Shown: positions 24,638-32,000 of the stretch, piece by piece
How positions within the stretch are numbered: the first letter of the stretch is position 1
Layout: every line of letters begins with the position of its first letter
From: Nostoc sp. PCC 7120 = FACHB-418
GTDB lineage: Bacteria > Cyanobacteriota > Cyanobacteriia > Cyanobacteriales > Nostocaceae
Reading direction: 5' to 3'
Assembly (NCBI RefSeq): GCF_000009705.1
Contig: NC_003272.1
Location: forward strand, 5,070,001-5,102,000
Length of the DNA stretch: 32,000 nucleotides
The notes under the pieces: generated by a model
What the model was told of the DNA's origin: nothing
What the model saw: the letters and a program-made list of their open reading frames with translations, nothing else
Database searches by the model: none
Translations under genes and position numbers: made by a program

Positions 24638-27163
24638 TGGGTCTACATCTATAGTTAAGTTGACACCATCAGGACAAAGTAGACGTACTTCGTCCCAGTC
24701 TGGTAATTGGGGTAGTGCTTCGGGGGCAAACTTGAGTAATATTTGCCAGCGATAACGGTTTGCTACCCGCATCACACTAGCTGGTGCTGGGCCTAATAAT
24801 TCAAATCCTGGGTTGGCATTTAATACTGTGGCGATCGCCTGAGTTGTATTCTGTACTTGTATAGGATCAAAGCTACTCAGTCGCAATAAAATTAACCTAC
24901 CATAAGGTGGATAATTGAGGGCTTGCCGTTGTTCCAATTCCGCCTGCACAAAAGACTGATAATTGTGATACTTGACTGCTTCAATTACTGGATGTTCTGG
25001 TGTGTAAGTTTGCATAATCACCCTACCAGGGTCATCACCTCTGCCAGCTCTACCAGCTACCTGAGTCAGAGTTTGAAATGCCCGTTCGCTGGCGCGATAA
25101 TCTGACAAATTCAACAGTCCATCAGCAGCGACGACACCCACAAGTGTCACCTGGGGTAAATCTAACCCCTTAGTTAACATTTGCGTCCCCACTAATAAAT
25201 TCGCTTCCCCATTGGCAAACTGAGTCAGTAGGGTACGGTGTGCGCCTTTGTTGCGGGTGGTATCACTATCAAAGCGGATGTATTTTAACCCCGGAAACTG
25301 TCGGCTTAATTCCTGGGCGACTCGTTGAGTACCGCTACCGAAAAATTTCAGGTAAGGTGAACTGCATTCTGGGCAGTGTTTGGGATGTACGCTCACATAA
25401 TTACAGTAATGACAGCGCAACAATTGAGGCGCGCCTGCTTCTGTCTGGTGATAAGCCAGGGACACATCACAGTGGGGACACTCCACTACATAGCCACAAC
25501 TACGACACGACACAAACGTACTATGTCCCCGACGATGGATAAATAAAATCCCCTGTTTTCCCGTTTGTTCCAGGTGTTGTAAAGCTGCTTGTAACGACCG
25601 ACTAAATATAGAACGATTCCCATCCTGTAACTCTTGCCGCATATCAACTATCTCTACTGGTGGTAGGGGGCGAGAGTTGATGCGTTCCGGGAGGGGGGAG
25701 TAGAGAGCGAGGCTATTGACTATTGACTGTGGACTGTTGACTGCTGACTGTTGACTGTGGACTGCTGACTGTTGACTCACGCTTACCCAACTTTCTAAGG
25801 AAGGTGTGGCGGAACCTAAAACTAGGGGACAGTTTTCTAGTTCTGCACGCCATTGGGCAACGGTGCGGGCGTGGTAGGTGGGGATGGGGGAGTCTTGTTT
25901 AAAGCTGGAGTCATGTTCTTCGTCGAGGATGATTAAGCCTAAGTTGGGTAAGGGTGCGAAGATGGCGCTACGTGTGCCGATGACAATTTGGGGTGTGCCT
26001 GTCAGCATTTGTCGCCAAGTGTCGTAGCGTTCACCATCGGAGAGGGCGCTGTGATAGACGCTGATTTTATTGTTACCAAAACGGGCGCGGAAACGGTCTG
26101 TGAGTTGGGGTGTGAGACCGATTTCTGGGACTAATACTAGAGCTGATTTGCCTTGTGCGAGTATTGGAGCGATTGCTTGTAAATATACTTCTGTTTTGCC
26201 GGAACCTGTGACTCCGTGCAACAATACTTGAGCAAATCCATTTAACTTTTGGATAGTTGCTAAGGCATTCTCTTGAGCAATATTTAATAACTTCGGTGTA
26301 TCTAAATCTAATACTTGTCCTTGTTCTGTCCGCAATACCTCTCTTTCTTCTATAGCAATGTAACCTTTTTGTTCCATCGACTTCAGGGTAGAGGAACTGG
26401 TACTACAAATTTGTAACAATTCACTGTGCCATAGCTCACCGCCACGTCTCCGCAATACTTCTAAAATCTCCCTTTGACGGTTGGTTAAATCACGATCAAC
26501 TGTATCAATTAATATGACTGCTTTTTGCAATTTTGGGCGATTTGTCCGGGGCGGTTCTAAGTAACTTTCTACTAAACCTATGCGTAATAATTCCCGCATC
26601 CCTCGATAAGTAGCTTTAACTTTTTGTTGCAAATAATGGAAACTATAATCTCCTGATGGTTGGGATTGCAGTAGTTGGAGAATTTGCTGCGCTGGGGGAC
26701 TTAAAAAGCTGACAAATAGCTGTTCATTTTCTCTTTTGATCAAGCGCACGCGACGTTGCGATCGCCCTAATAATCCTGGTGGTAATGCTACTCTTATTAC
26801 TTGAATTAAAGGTGTGTAGTAATATGACGCTACTCTATTTAATAATTCCCAATAAGCACTAGCAAAAAATCCGGAAGTTACTACGTCCTCTACTTCCCGG
26901 ATCTTGTCTGGTGCTAGATCAATGTTGGGTTCTGCCAATAAACGAATGGCGATCGCTCCCAATTGTTGGGAGCCAAAAGGTACACTTAATATATCCCCAG
27001 GTCTGATTTCTAACTGACTTGGTATTCGGTAAGTGAATAATCCTGAATTACCAGGAAAGTCTACTAATACTTCGACATACTGATTTTCATTGGTTATTAC
27101 TCGGTATAATTCCTGATTTTCACTCACTACTAAATCCAGGGAATTGATGTCATTAATATACAT
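24623..27163 (-). CDS. priA: Primosomal protein N' (replication restart helicase PriA).
   Basis: 846-aa ORF. It has helicase motif I (GVTGSGKTEVY), motif II (ILDEEHD) and GSATPS. The Cys-rich region reads CRSCGYVVECPHCD...CHYC...CPEC. The C-terminus has QVAGRAGRG. Confidence 0.95.
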   Translation of the reverse strand: MYINDINSLDLVVSENQELYRVITNENQYVEVLVDFPGNSGLFTYRIPSQLEIRPGDILSVPFGSQQLGAIAIRLLAEPNIDLAPDKIREVEDVVTSGFFASAYWELLNRVASYYYTPLIQVIRVALPPGLLGRSQRRVRLIKRENEQLFVSFLSPPAQQILQLLQSQPSGDYSFHYLQQKVKATYRGMRELLRIGLVESYLEPPRTNRPKLQKAVILIDTVDRDLTNRQREILEVLRRRGGELWHSELLQICSTSSSTLKSMEQKGYIAIEEREVLRTEQGQVLDLDTPKLLNIAQENALATIQKLNGFAQVLLHGVTGSGKTEVYLQAIAPILAQGKSALVLVPEIGLTPQLTDRFRARFGNNKISVYHSALSDGERYDTWRQMLTGTPQIVIGTRSAIFAPLPNLGLIILDEEHDSSFKQDSPIPTYHARTVAQWRAELENCPLVLGSATPSLESWVSVSQQSAVHSQQSAVNSPQSIVNSLALYSPLPERINSRPLPPVEIVDMRQELQDGNRSIFSRSLQAALQHLEQTGKQGILFIHRRGHSTFVSCRSCGYVVECPHCDVSLAYHQTEAGAPQLLRCHYCNYVSVHPKHCPECSSPYLKFFGSGTQRVAQELSRQFPGLKYIRFDSDTTRNKGAHRTLLTQFANGEANLLVGTQMLTKGLDLPQVTLVGVVAADGLLNLSDYRASERAFQTLTQVAGRAGRGDDPGRVIMQTYTPEHPVIEAVKYHNYQSFVQAELEQRQALNYPPYGRLILLRLSSFDPIQVQNTTQAIATVLNANPGFELLGPAPASVMRVANRYRWQILLKFAPEALPQLPDWDEVRLLCPDGVNLTIDVDPLNIM
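25714..25776. repeat. Nine tandem heptamers (T[AG][TC][TG]GAC, 63 nt) embedded in frame in the priA coding sequence.
   Basis: TATTGAC TATTGAC TGTGGAC TGTTGAC TGCTGAC TGTTGAC TGTGGAC TGCTGAC TGTTGAC read directly. On the coding strand this encodes (S)QQSAVHSQQSAVNSPQSIVNS. Confidence 0.9.
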
Positions 27164-27266
27164 AGTTCTTGAATTTTAAAGATAAATATTCTTATTGCCT
27201 TAAACTCAGTCCGTAAAGTTCTCTTAGCTCGTTATATTTTAATTTTTCTTTCTTTAGAATAAAATT

Positions 27267-27280
27267 GTAATTCAAAATAC
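27267..27280. promoter_or_regulatory. Candidate NtcA-type binding site (GTA-N8-TAC) in the divergent priA / sigma-factor intergenic region.
   Basis: tGTAattcaaaaTACt read directly. A TAN3T-type hexamer (TAAGTT, 27303-27308) lies ~22 nt downstream of the site on the + strand. The region is AT-rich, so a chance match is plausible. Confidence 0.3.
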
Positions 27281-27963
27281 TTTTATTAGTTATGATACTT
27301 GATAAGTTTCCTCTTATGTAATCTACTAGACAAATTAAAACCAACCATACGTGCAATAAATATTTGAAGTCCACTATAAAAAATAAAACTATCTACCTGT
27401 CTATTTCTGAAATAGTTCATCTAACTACTAAATAGGGAATAGCCTTTTTTCCGCCCATTGATAGATATTCATTCCTTTGTCTCTATGAGATGCTTTTATA
27501 CAAACAATTTTGTGGGATTAGTAAATTGCCTAACTATTAGCATTTAGGAAAATAACCAAGCCACTGACTAACTTTAAACCAACAAATATTATGATTGCAG
27601 TTATGTCTCTCAACGAATAAAGCTAGAAAACTTTATAAAAGTATATAATTATTAAAAATGAAGGGGACTTTTCCCGTATTTTTTTCTAATTGTTAATTTA
27701 GAGAAAGGTTGAGGGGGTTTAACAGATTAAATGATTAATAAAAAAATAAGCAATATATCTGTTGGAAACTGAGAAAATAAAATTTGGGTGCAAAACTAAA
27801 TATTCCTGAGAATTCTAATATAGTAGCAGCTATAAAGAGGCGGCTAGGAGTTATTTTTAACTGCTAGAAATTAATTACATGAATCTGAAAATTGCTACTT
27901 AAAAGACACAATCTTAGTTAGGAAGCCCAACAATTCTCAGTAGTTAACAGTTGTCATGAAATT

Positions 27964-29136
27964 ATGTACCAAACAAAGCATGAATCCCTCAAGGAAACTA
28001 TGAATATTGCTGAATTGGGAACAATGGAAATAATAGAGAGCGTTGTAGAACATGAAGAACACTCTCTTGATACTTTAGAACTGATAATAGAAGAAGAACC
28101 CCCAATAACAGAGAATTTAGACTCAGAGGAACGTGATAGCGGGGATGAAATGGCGGCTGCCCGACCTTCGGGCTACAATAAAACCGAGCATGATGATGCG
28201 GTAGGTGCGTTCTTTAAAGAAATGGCACGTTATCCACTGCTAAAACCCGATGAAGAGGTAGAATTAGCCAGAAGAGTCAGATTTTTAGAAGAAGTTAGAG
28301 ATTTACAAGCAGATCTGCAATTACAAATAGGGCAACATCCGACAAAAGCCCAAGTAGCTGGTCAACTAGAGATAACAGAAAAACAATTAGAAAATCGATT
28401 GTATCAAGGTCGAGTGGCGAAGCGTAAAATGATTCGCTCGAACTTGAGATTAGTAGTATCAATTGCCAAGCGATATCTAAATCGGGGAGTACCTTTTCTA
28501 GATTTAATTCAAGAAGGTGCAATGGGATTGAATCGAGCTACAGAAAAATTTGATCCCGATAAAGGATATAAGTTCTCTACTTATGCTTACTGGTGGATTA
28601 GACAAGCGATTACGAGAGCGATCGCTAATGATGCCAGAACCATCCGCCTACCCATCCATATTGTAGAAAAACTCAACAAACTCAAAAAAGCCCAACGGGA
28701 ACTCAAACAAAAATTCAGCCGCAACCCTTCCGAAGCAGAAATGGCCGAAGCTTTGGAAATTAGCGTCCCCCAACTGCGCCAACTGCAACAACTCCGGCGA
28801 CAAGCCCTATCTTTAAACCATCGTGTCGGTAAAGAAGAAGATACCGAACTGATGGATTTATTAGAAGATGAGGATAACTTATCTCCGGAAGCAAAAATGA
28901 ACGAAAATATGATGCGTCAGGAGATTTGGGAAGTTTTAGGTGATGTCCTCACTCCCAGAGAAAAAGACGTAATTTCTCTACGCTATGGTTTGACAACTAG
29001 CGAACCTTGCACCCTGGAGGAAGTCGGAAATATGTTCAACTTATCCCGCGAACGAGTCCGCCAAATTCAAAGCAAAGCCATGCGTAAATTACGCCGTCCT
29101 CACATAGCCAAACGTCTTAAGGGTTGGTTGATTTGA
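27964..29136 (+). CDS. sigE: Group-2 sigma-70 (RpoD-family) RNA polymerase sigma factor. It is probably the SigE ortholog, judged from my recollection of PCC 7120 gene order.
   Basis: 390-aa ORF. Region 2 reads LIQEGAMGLNRATEKFDPDKGYKFSTYAYWWIRQAITRAI. Region 3 reads IRLPIHIVEKLNKLKK. Region 4.2 reads LEEVGNMFNLSRERVRQIQSKAMRKLR. It has an acidic N-terminal region. The symbol rests only on the remembered sigE-GNAT-petJ neighbourhood. Confidence 0.85.
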   Translation: MYQTKHESLKETMNIAELGTMEIIESVVEHEEHSLDTLELIIEEEPPITENLDSEERDSGDEMAAARPSGYNKTEHDDAVGAFFKEMARYPLLKPDEEVELARRVRFLEEVRDLQADLQLQIGQHPTKAQVAGQLEITEKQLENRLYQGRVAKRKMIRSNLRLVVSIAKRYLNRGVPFLDLIQEGAMGLNRATEKFDPDKGYKFSTYAYWWIRQAITRAIANDARTIRLPIHIVEKLNKLKKAQRELKQKFSRNPSEAEMAEALEISVPQLRQLQQLRRQALSLNHRVGKEEDTELMDLLEDEDNLSPEAKMNENMMRQEIWEVLGDVLTPREKDVISLRYGLTTSEPCTLEEVGNMFNLSRERVRQIQSKAMRKLRRPHIAKRLKGWLI

Positions 29137-29500
29137 GCTAGGAATTAGGGATTAGAGATTGGACTTTAGTATTTTTACTTAGGACTCATAACTAATACCA
29201 ATTTGAAAAAGGAATGCGACAGATATAAAGCCCCAAACGCTTATCCCGTCTTGATTCTTAATTTTGTACTCCTGCGGAGAACCCAAAGGGTATTCTGTTG
29301 GCGCAAGCCTTATCTAGGAGACGCTACGCGTTGGCGGTTAGCCTCTCGTAAGAGATTGCCGTAGGCTATGAGTGAATTTTGAATTGGTATAACCTGACCA
29401 TTTTTTATTCTGCCAAGAGTAACAAGTCAAAAAAATTACAACATAAGCACACCCTATTGGAGGCGATGGCGTTCCGCCCACCGTAGGCGATCGCTTAAAC

Positions 29501-29537
29501 TATTGACTGTGGACTATAGACTATGAATGAATGACTG
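29501..29537. repeat. Degenerate STRR heptamers (TATTGAC TGTGGAC TATAGAC TATGAAT GAATGAC) running into the GNAT start codon.
   Basis: Read directly. The ATG at 29531 lies in the fifth, decayed unit. Confidence 0.6.
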
Positions 29538-30025
29538 TGCGTAACGATTTGACCGTGCGTTTTGCTGAACCTGCTGATAGCGAAACACTATTTAGCTTAA
29601 TTAAAGAATTGGCGGAGTACGAAAAATTAACTCATGCTGTAACTGGCAACGTTCTTGCACTTCAAGAGCATTTGTTTGGCTCCCAAAGATACGTTGAAGC
29701 AATTTTAGCGGAATCCTCAGGTCAAGCCGTAGGGTTTGCCTTATTTTTTCATAATTACTCTACCTTCCTCACCAAGCCAGGCATTTATCTAGAAGACTTG
29801 TTTGTCCTACCCGACTATCGACGACAAGGCATTGGTAAAGCACTCCTCACTAAATTAGCCCAAATAGCTGTCGAGCGTGATTGTGGACGACTAGAATGGA
29901 GCGTTCTGGACTGGAATGAATCAGCCCAAGCATTTTACCGCCACATGGGAGCAACCATATTAGACGATTGGCGAATTTGCCGCGTTACAGAAGACGCAAT
30001 GAGCCAATTAGCCAAGGGGAAGTGA
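29531..30025 (+). CDS. GNAT-family N-acetyltransferase (diamine/spermidine acetyltransferase-like).
   Basis: 164-aa ORF containing LEDLFVLPDYRRQGIGKALL, the acetyl-CoA-binding Q/RxxGxG/A motif. It also has LEWSVLDWNESAQAFYRHMGA. Confidence 0.85.
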   Translation: MTVRNDLTVRFAEPADSETLFSLIKELAEYEKLTHAVTGNVLALQEHLFGSQRYVEAILAESSGQAVGFALFFHNYSTFLTKPGIYLEDLFVLPDYRRQGIGKALLTKLAQIAVERDCGRLEWSVLDWNESAQAFYRHMGATILDDWRICRVTEDAMSQLAKGK

Positions 30026-30030
30026 AGAAG

Positions 30031-30068
30031 GCAAGGGAGCAGGGAGCAGGTGAGCAGAGGGGCAGGGG
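30031..30068. repeat. Degenerate G-rich heptamer repeat (GCAAGGG AGCAGGG AGCAGGT ...).
   Basis: Read directly just after the GNAT stop codon. Confidence 0.6.
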
Positions 30069-30088
30069 AAGCAAAGAAGAAGAACCAA

Positions 30089-30109
30089 TGACAACTGACA
30101 ACTGACAAC
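30089..30109. repeat. STRR heptamer repeat, TGACAAC x3. This is the complement family of the TTGTCAG units at 18675.
   Basis: TGACAAC TGACAAC TGACAAC read directly. Confidence 0.85.
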
Positions 30110-30123
30110 CGACTATTAAAGTT

Positions 30124-30136
30124 TGACAGCTTGTCA
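30124..30136. promoter_or_regulatory. Palindrome TGACA-GCT-TGTCA overlapping a TTGACA hexamer, ~85 nt upstream of the petJ start. It is a candidate promoter or operator.
   Basis: gtTTGACAGCTTGTCAtTTGACtATGACAGC read directly. The 5-3-5 inverted repeat is perfect, with further TTGAC/TGACA half-sites at 30139 and 30146. Confidence 0.3.
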
Positions 30137-30218
30137 TTTGACTATGACAGCAGCTCAACTGAAAATAATTGAGGATGATATTGGTCTCAATGAGCCTTAT
30201 TTGCAGAGAGAACGCGAC

Positions 30219-30554
30219 ATGAAAAAGATTTTTTCCCTAGTACTGTTAGGCATAGCACTCTTCACTTTTGCCTTCAGTAGCCCTGCATTAGCAGCAGACA
30301 GTGTAAATGGAGCCAAGATATTCAGTGCTAACTGCGCTTCTTGCCATGCAGGTGGCAAGAATTTGGTTCAAGCACAGAAAACTCTGAAGAAAGCCGATTT
30401 GGAAAAATATGGGATGTACTCAGCAGAGGCAATCATTGCCCAGGTAACAAACGGTAAGAACGCCATGCCTGCTTTCAAAGGTCGCTTAAAACCTGAACAA
30501 ATTGAAGATGTAGCTGCTTACGTGCTAGGAAAAGCCGATGCAGATTGGAAGTAA
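30219..30554 (+). CDS. petJ: Cytochrome c6 precursor.
   Basis: I placed the start at the ATG at 30219. That gives a 111-aa precursor with signal peptide [25 protein letters not shown]. The mature protein begins [23 protein letters not shown] and contains the CxxCH heme motif and the distal NAMPAF Met ligand. The track's 5' extension from 30123 is not needed. Confidence 0.95.
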
Positions 30555-30585
30555 ATTCCACTTCAAGAGCAAAGCTAACTAACAG

Positions 30586-30614
30586 ATAGCGGGAAATAAT
30601 CCCGCTATTTTTAT
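30586..30614. terminator. Rho-independent terminator between the convergent petJ and oxidoreductase genes.
   Basis: ATAGCGGGA (30586-30594), loop AATAA, TCCCGCTAT (30600-30608), followed by TTTTAT. The stem is a perfect 9 bp. Confidence 0.75.
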
Positions 30615-30650
30615 CATGAGAGAGATGAAGTAATAAGTGGAAAGCGCAAA

Positions 30651-31775
30651 TTAAATTAGATAATCTTCCACATTTGGCACATCTACCCAGCTAGCAGTTA
30701 TATAAGATTGATGAGATAAATCCATTAATAACTGGGAATAAATACCTTCTTTTAAAGATGGTACTATTGGCTTTTGCTGATCAATGCCTTGTACCCATTG
30801 GTCTACTACCCGCAAGAATGCACAAATGCGTCCGTCGGTGTAATGTTGGGGAAATAGTAATTTGGGTGGGATTTCGATTTCTTGAAGAGGTTGACCTGGT
30901 TGGGAACCCCAAACGCGAAAACCGTGGATGTAATCTTTTTGATTTTCACTACCAATTACTAGAGTACCGCGATCGCCATATACTTCCATCCAGTGTGTTC
31001 TAGAAGCATGAACAGCAGCGCTGATAGTCACTTGGCAGGGCGTACCATTTGCTAATTCTAGTGACAGCAGACAAGTATCGTCTGTCTCTACTGCTTTTAA
31101 TTCACCACTAATAGAGTCAATCCGTTGAGGAATAGCTGTAGTCAAATGGGCATTTAATCGGCGGACTGAACCAAATAGCCAATAAATATAATCGAAAGCG
31201 TGGGAACCTAATGAACCTAACGCACCACCACCCTTTTCCTTAGAAGAATACCAGTTCCAAGGACGGGAAGTATCGGCACGAGAAGAACCTAACCAATCAA
31301 TTCTAATCAGGCGAGGAGTTCCTACATAACCTGATGATAGAAGTTCAGCGAATAGTTGCCATGCAGGGACAAAACGAAACTCAAAATCTACAGTGGCAAT
31401 AACACCTTGCTTTTTTGCTAATTGATACAATTCTTGTGCTTCAGCTACATTTAGGGTGACAGGCTTTTCTAGTAGTAAATGTTTTCCTGCTTGCAATACT
31501 GTTTTCCCCATTTCATAATGCAGGAAAGGTGGTGTAGCGATACTGACTGCTTGTACTTCCGGCAGATTAACGGTATCAGCTATAGTGTCAAAGGCATGGG
31601 GAATATTGTTTGCTTCGGCAATTGCTTTAGCTTTATGAATATCGCGGTGATAAATCGCAACTATATCAGTGCGATGATGGGCTTGAAAGGCAGGTATGTG
31701 AACTTTTTGACCAAAACCAGTCCCGGCGATCGCTACTCCAATTTTACCCTGATTTGCTTGTAATCCAGACACCAT
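30651..31775 (-). CDS. Gfo/Idh/MocA-family NAD(P)-dependent oxidoreductase.
   Basis: 374-aa ORF. It has an N-terminal Rossmann segment IGVAIAGTGFGQKVHIPAF and the LLLEKPV (EKP) motif. The C-terminal alpha/beta domain contains GGGALGSLGSHAFDY. Confidence 0.88.
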   Translation of the reverse strand: MVSGLQANQGKIGVAIAGTGFGQKVHIPAFQAHHRTDIVAIYHRDIHKAKAIAEANNIPHAFDTIADTVNLPEVQAVSIATPPFLHYEMGKTVLQAGKHLLLEKPVTLNVAEAQELYQLAKKQGVIATVDFEFRFVPAWQLFAELLSSGYVGTPRLIRIDWLGSSRADTSRPWNWYSSKEKGGGALGSLGSHAFDYIYWLFGSVRRLNAHLTTAIPQRIDSISGELKAVETDDTCLLSLELANGTPCQVTISAAVHASRTHWMEVYGDRGTLVIGSENQKDYIHGFRVWGSQPGQPLQEIEIPPKLLFPQHYTDGRICAFLRVVDQWVQGIDQQKPIVPSLKEGIYSQLLMDLSHQSYITASWVDVPNVEDYLI

Positions 31776-31814
31776 AAAATTTAAATAACTAAAAGTTTAT
31801 GTGTAATTCTACGG

Positions 31815-31947
31815 CGAAGCAAGCTAGGCGTAACATCTTTGAGCAATCTTTTCATGTTGACTGTTGACCGGAAGAGGCAGGGGGAGCAAGCCCTTTCCGC
31901 CAATGCGAGTGCGGCGTACCACTTCATGGAAGCAAGCTACGCGTAGG
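31815..31947. repeat. Dispersed GC-richer intergenic repeat units (GAAGCAAGCTA x2 and GCTACGCGTAGG), related to 29323-29334.
   Basis: GAAGCAAGCTA occurs at 31816-31826 and at 31929-31939. GCTACGCGTAGG at 31936-31947 can be compared with GCTACGCGTTGG at 29323-29334. Two TGTTGAC heptamers lie at 31856-31869. The region runs off the right edge of the window. Confidence 0.45.
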
Positions 31948-32000
31948 ATCTCGTAGAGAAGCGAAACACGGAAGCCCTATCCTAGAAGGATGCTTAATTG

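Noticed and set aside
27192-27374. 60-aa minus-strand ORF immediately upstream of priA (GTG start).
   Set aside because: Its composition is extremely AT-rich, it has a non-ATG start, no ribosome-binding site is visible, and the sequence is Asn/Lys/Ile/Leu-biased as expected from random AT-rich DNA. I could not exclude a real small membrane peptide, but there is no positive evidence.
13819-30113. Whether the short tandem repeats could be CRISPR arrays.
   Set aside because: The units are 7 nt, directly abutting with no spacers, and total only 20-65 nt per locus. These are STRR-type microsatellites, not CRISPR. No cas genes are present.
30123-30218. N-terminal extension of petJ from the track's TTG start ([32 protein letters not shown]).
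   Set aside because: The ATG at 30219 gives a canonical signal peptide and a 111-aa precursor typical of cytochrome c6. The extension overlaps the putative promoter/palindrome region.

Overview
This 32-kb window looks like chromosomal DNA from a heterocyst-forming, Nostoc/Anabaena-type cyanobacterium. By eye I located at least 26 exact copies of the HIP1 octamer GCGATCGC. Heptanucleotide STRR tandem repeats fill many intergenic gaps. The genes include a cyanobacterial kdpA-B-G-C operon with a short kdpD, cytochrome c6 and a group-2 sigma factor. From memory, the order sigma factor / GNAT / petJ matches the sigE-petJ region of Anabaena sp. PCC 7120, but I cannot verify that here. Gene content from left to right: a 5'-partial CbxX/SpoVK-type AAA+ ATPase (-), argJ (+), a small cupin (-), and a histidine phosphatase (-). 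Next come a 1821-aa leaderless EEP/phytase/RTX protein (+), a cNMP-domain/C39-like ABC exporter (+), a HlyD-family adaptor (+), and a DUF427 protein (+). These are followed by kdpD(short)-kdpC-kdpG-kdpB-kdpA (all -), an FAD monooxygenase (+), priA (-), the sigma factor (+), a GNAT acetyltransferase (+), petJ (+), and a Gfo/Idh/MocA oxidoreductase (-). I recognised no rRNA, tRNA, CRISPR array, transposase or phage genes. The most system-like region is 4.6-15.4 kb, where a giant multi-phosphatase RTX protein sits beside a type I secretion pair. The ABC component of that pair carries an N-terminal cyclic-nucleotide-binding-like domain and a C39-like domain, and both appear to be catalytically or ligand degenerate. 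Other points worth a second look are an in-frame run of nine heptamers (63 nt) inside priA, repeats or a MITE-like element in most intercistronic gaps of the kdp operon, an in-frame TAA followed by 42 open codons in the cupin gene, and several candidate regulatory sites. Most of the window is ordinary housekeeping sequence. All functional calls rest on motif recognition by eye, not on database searches.
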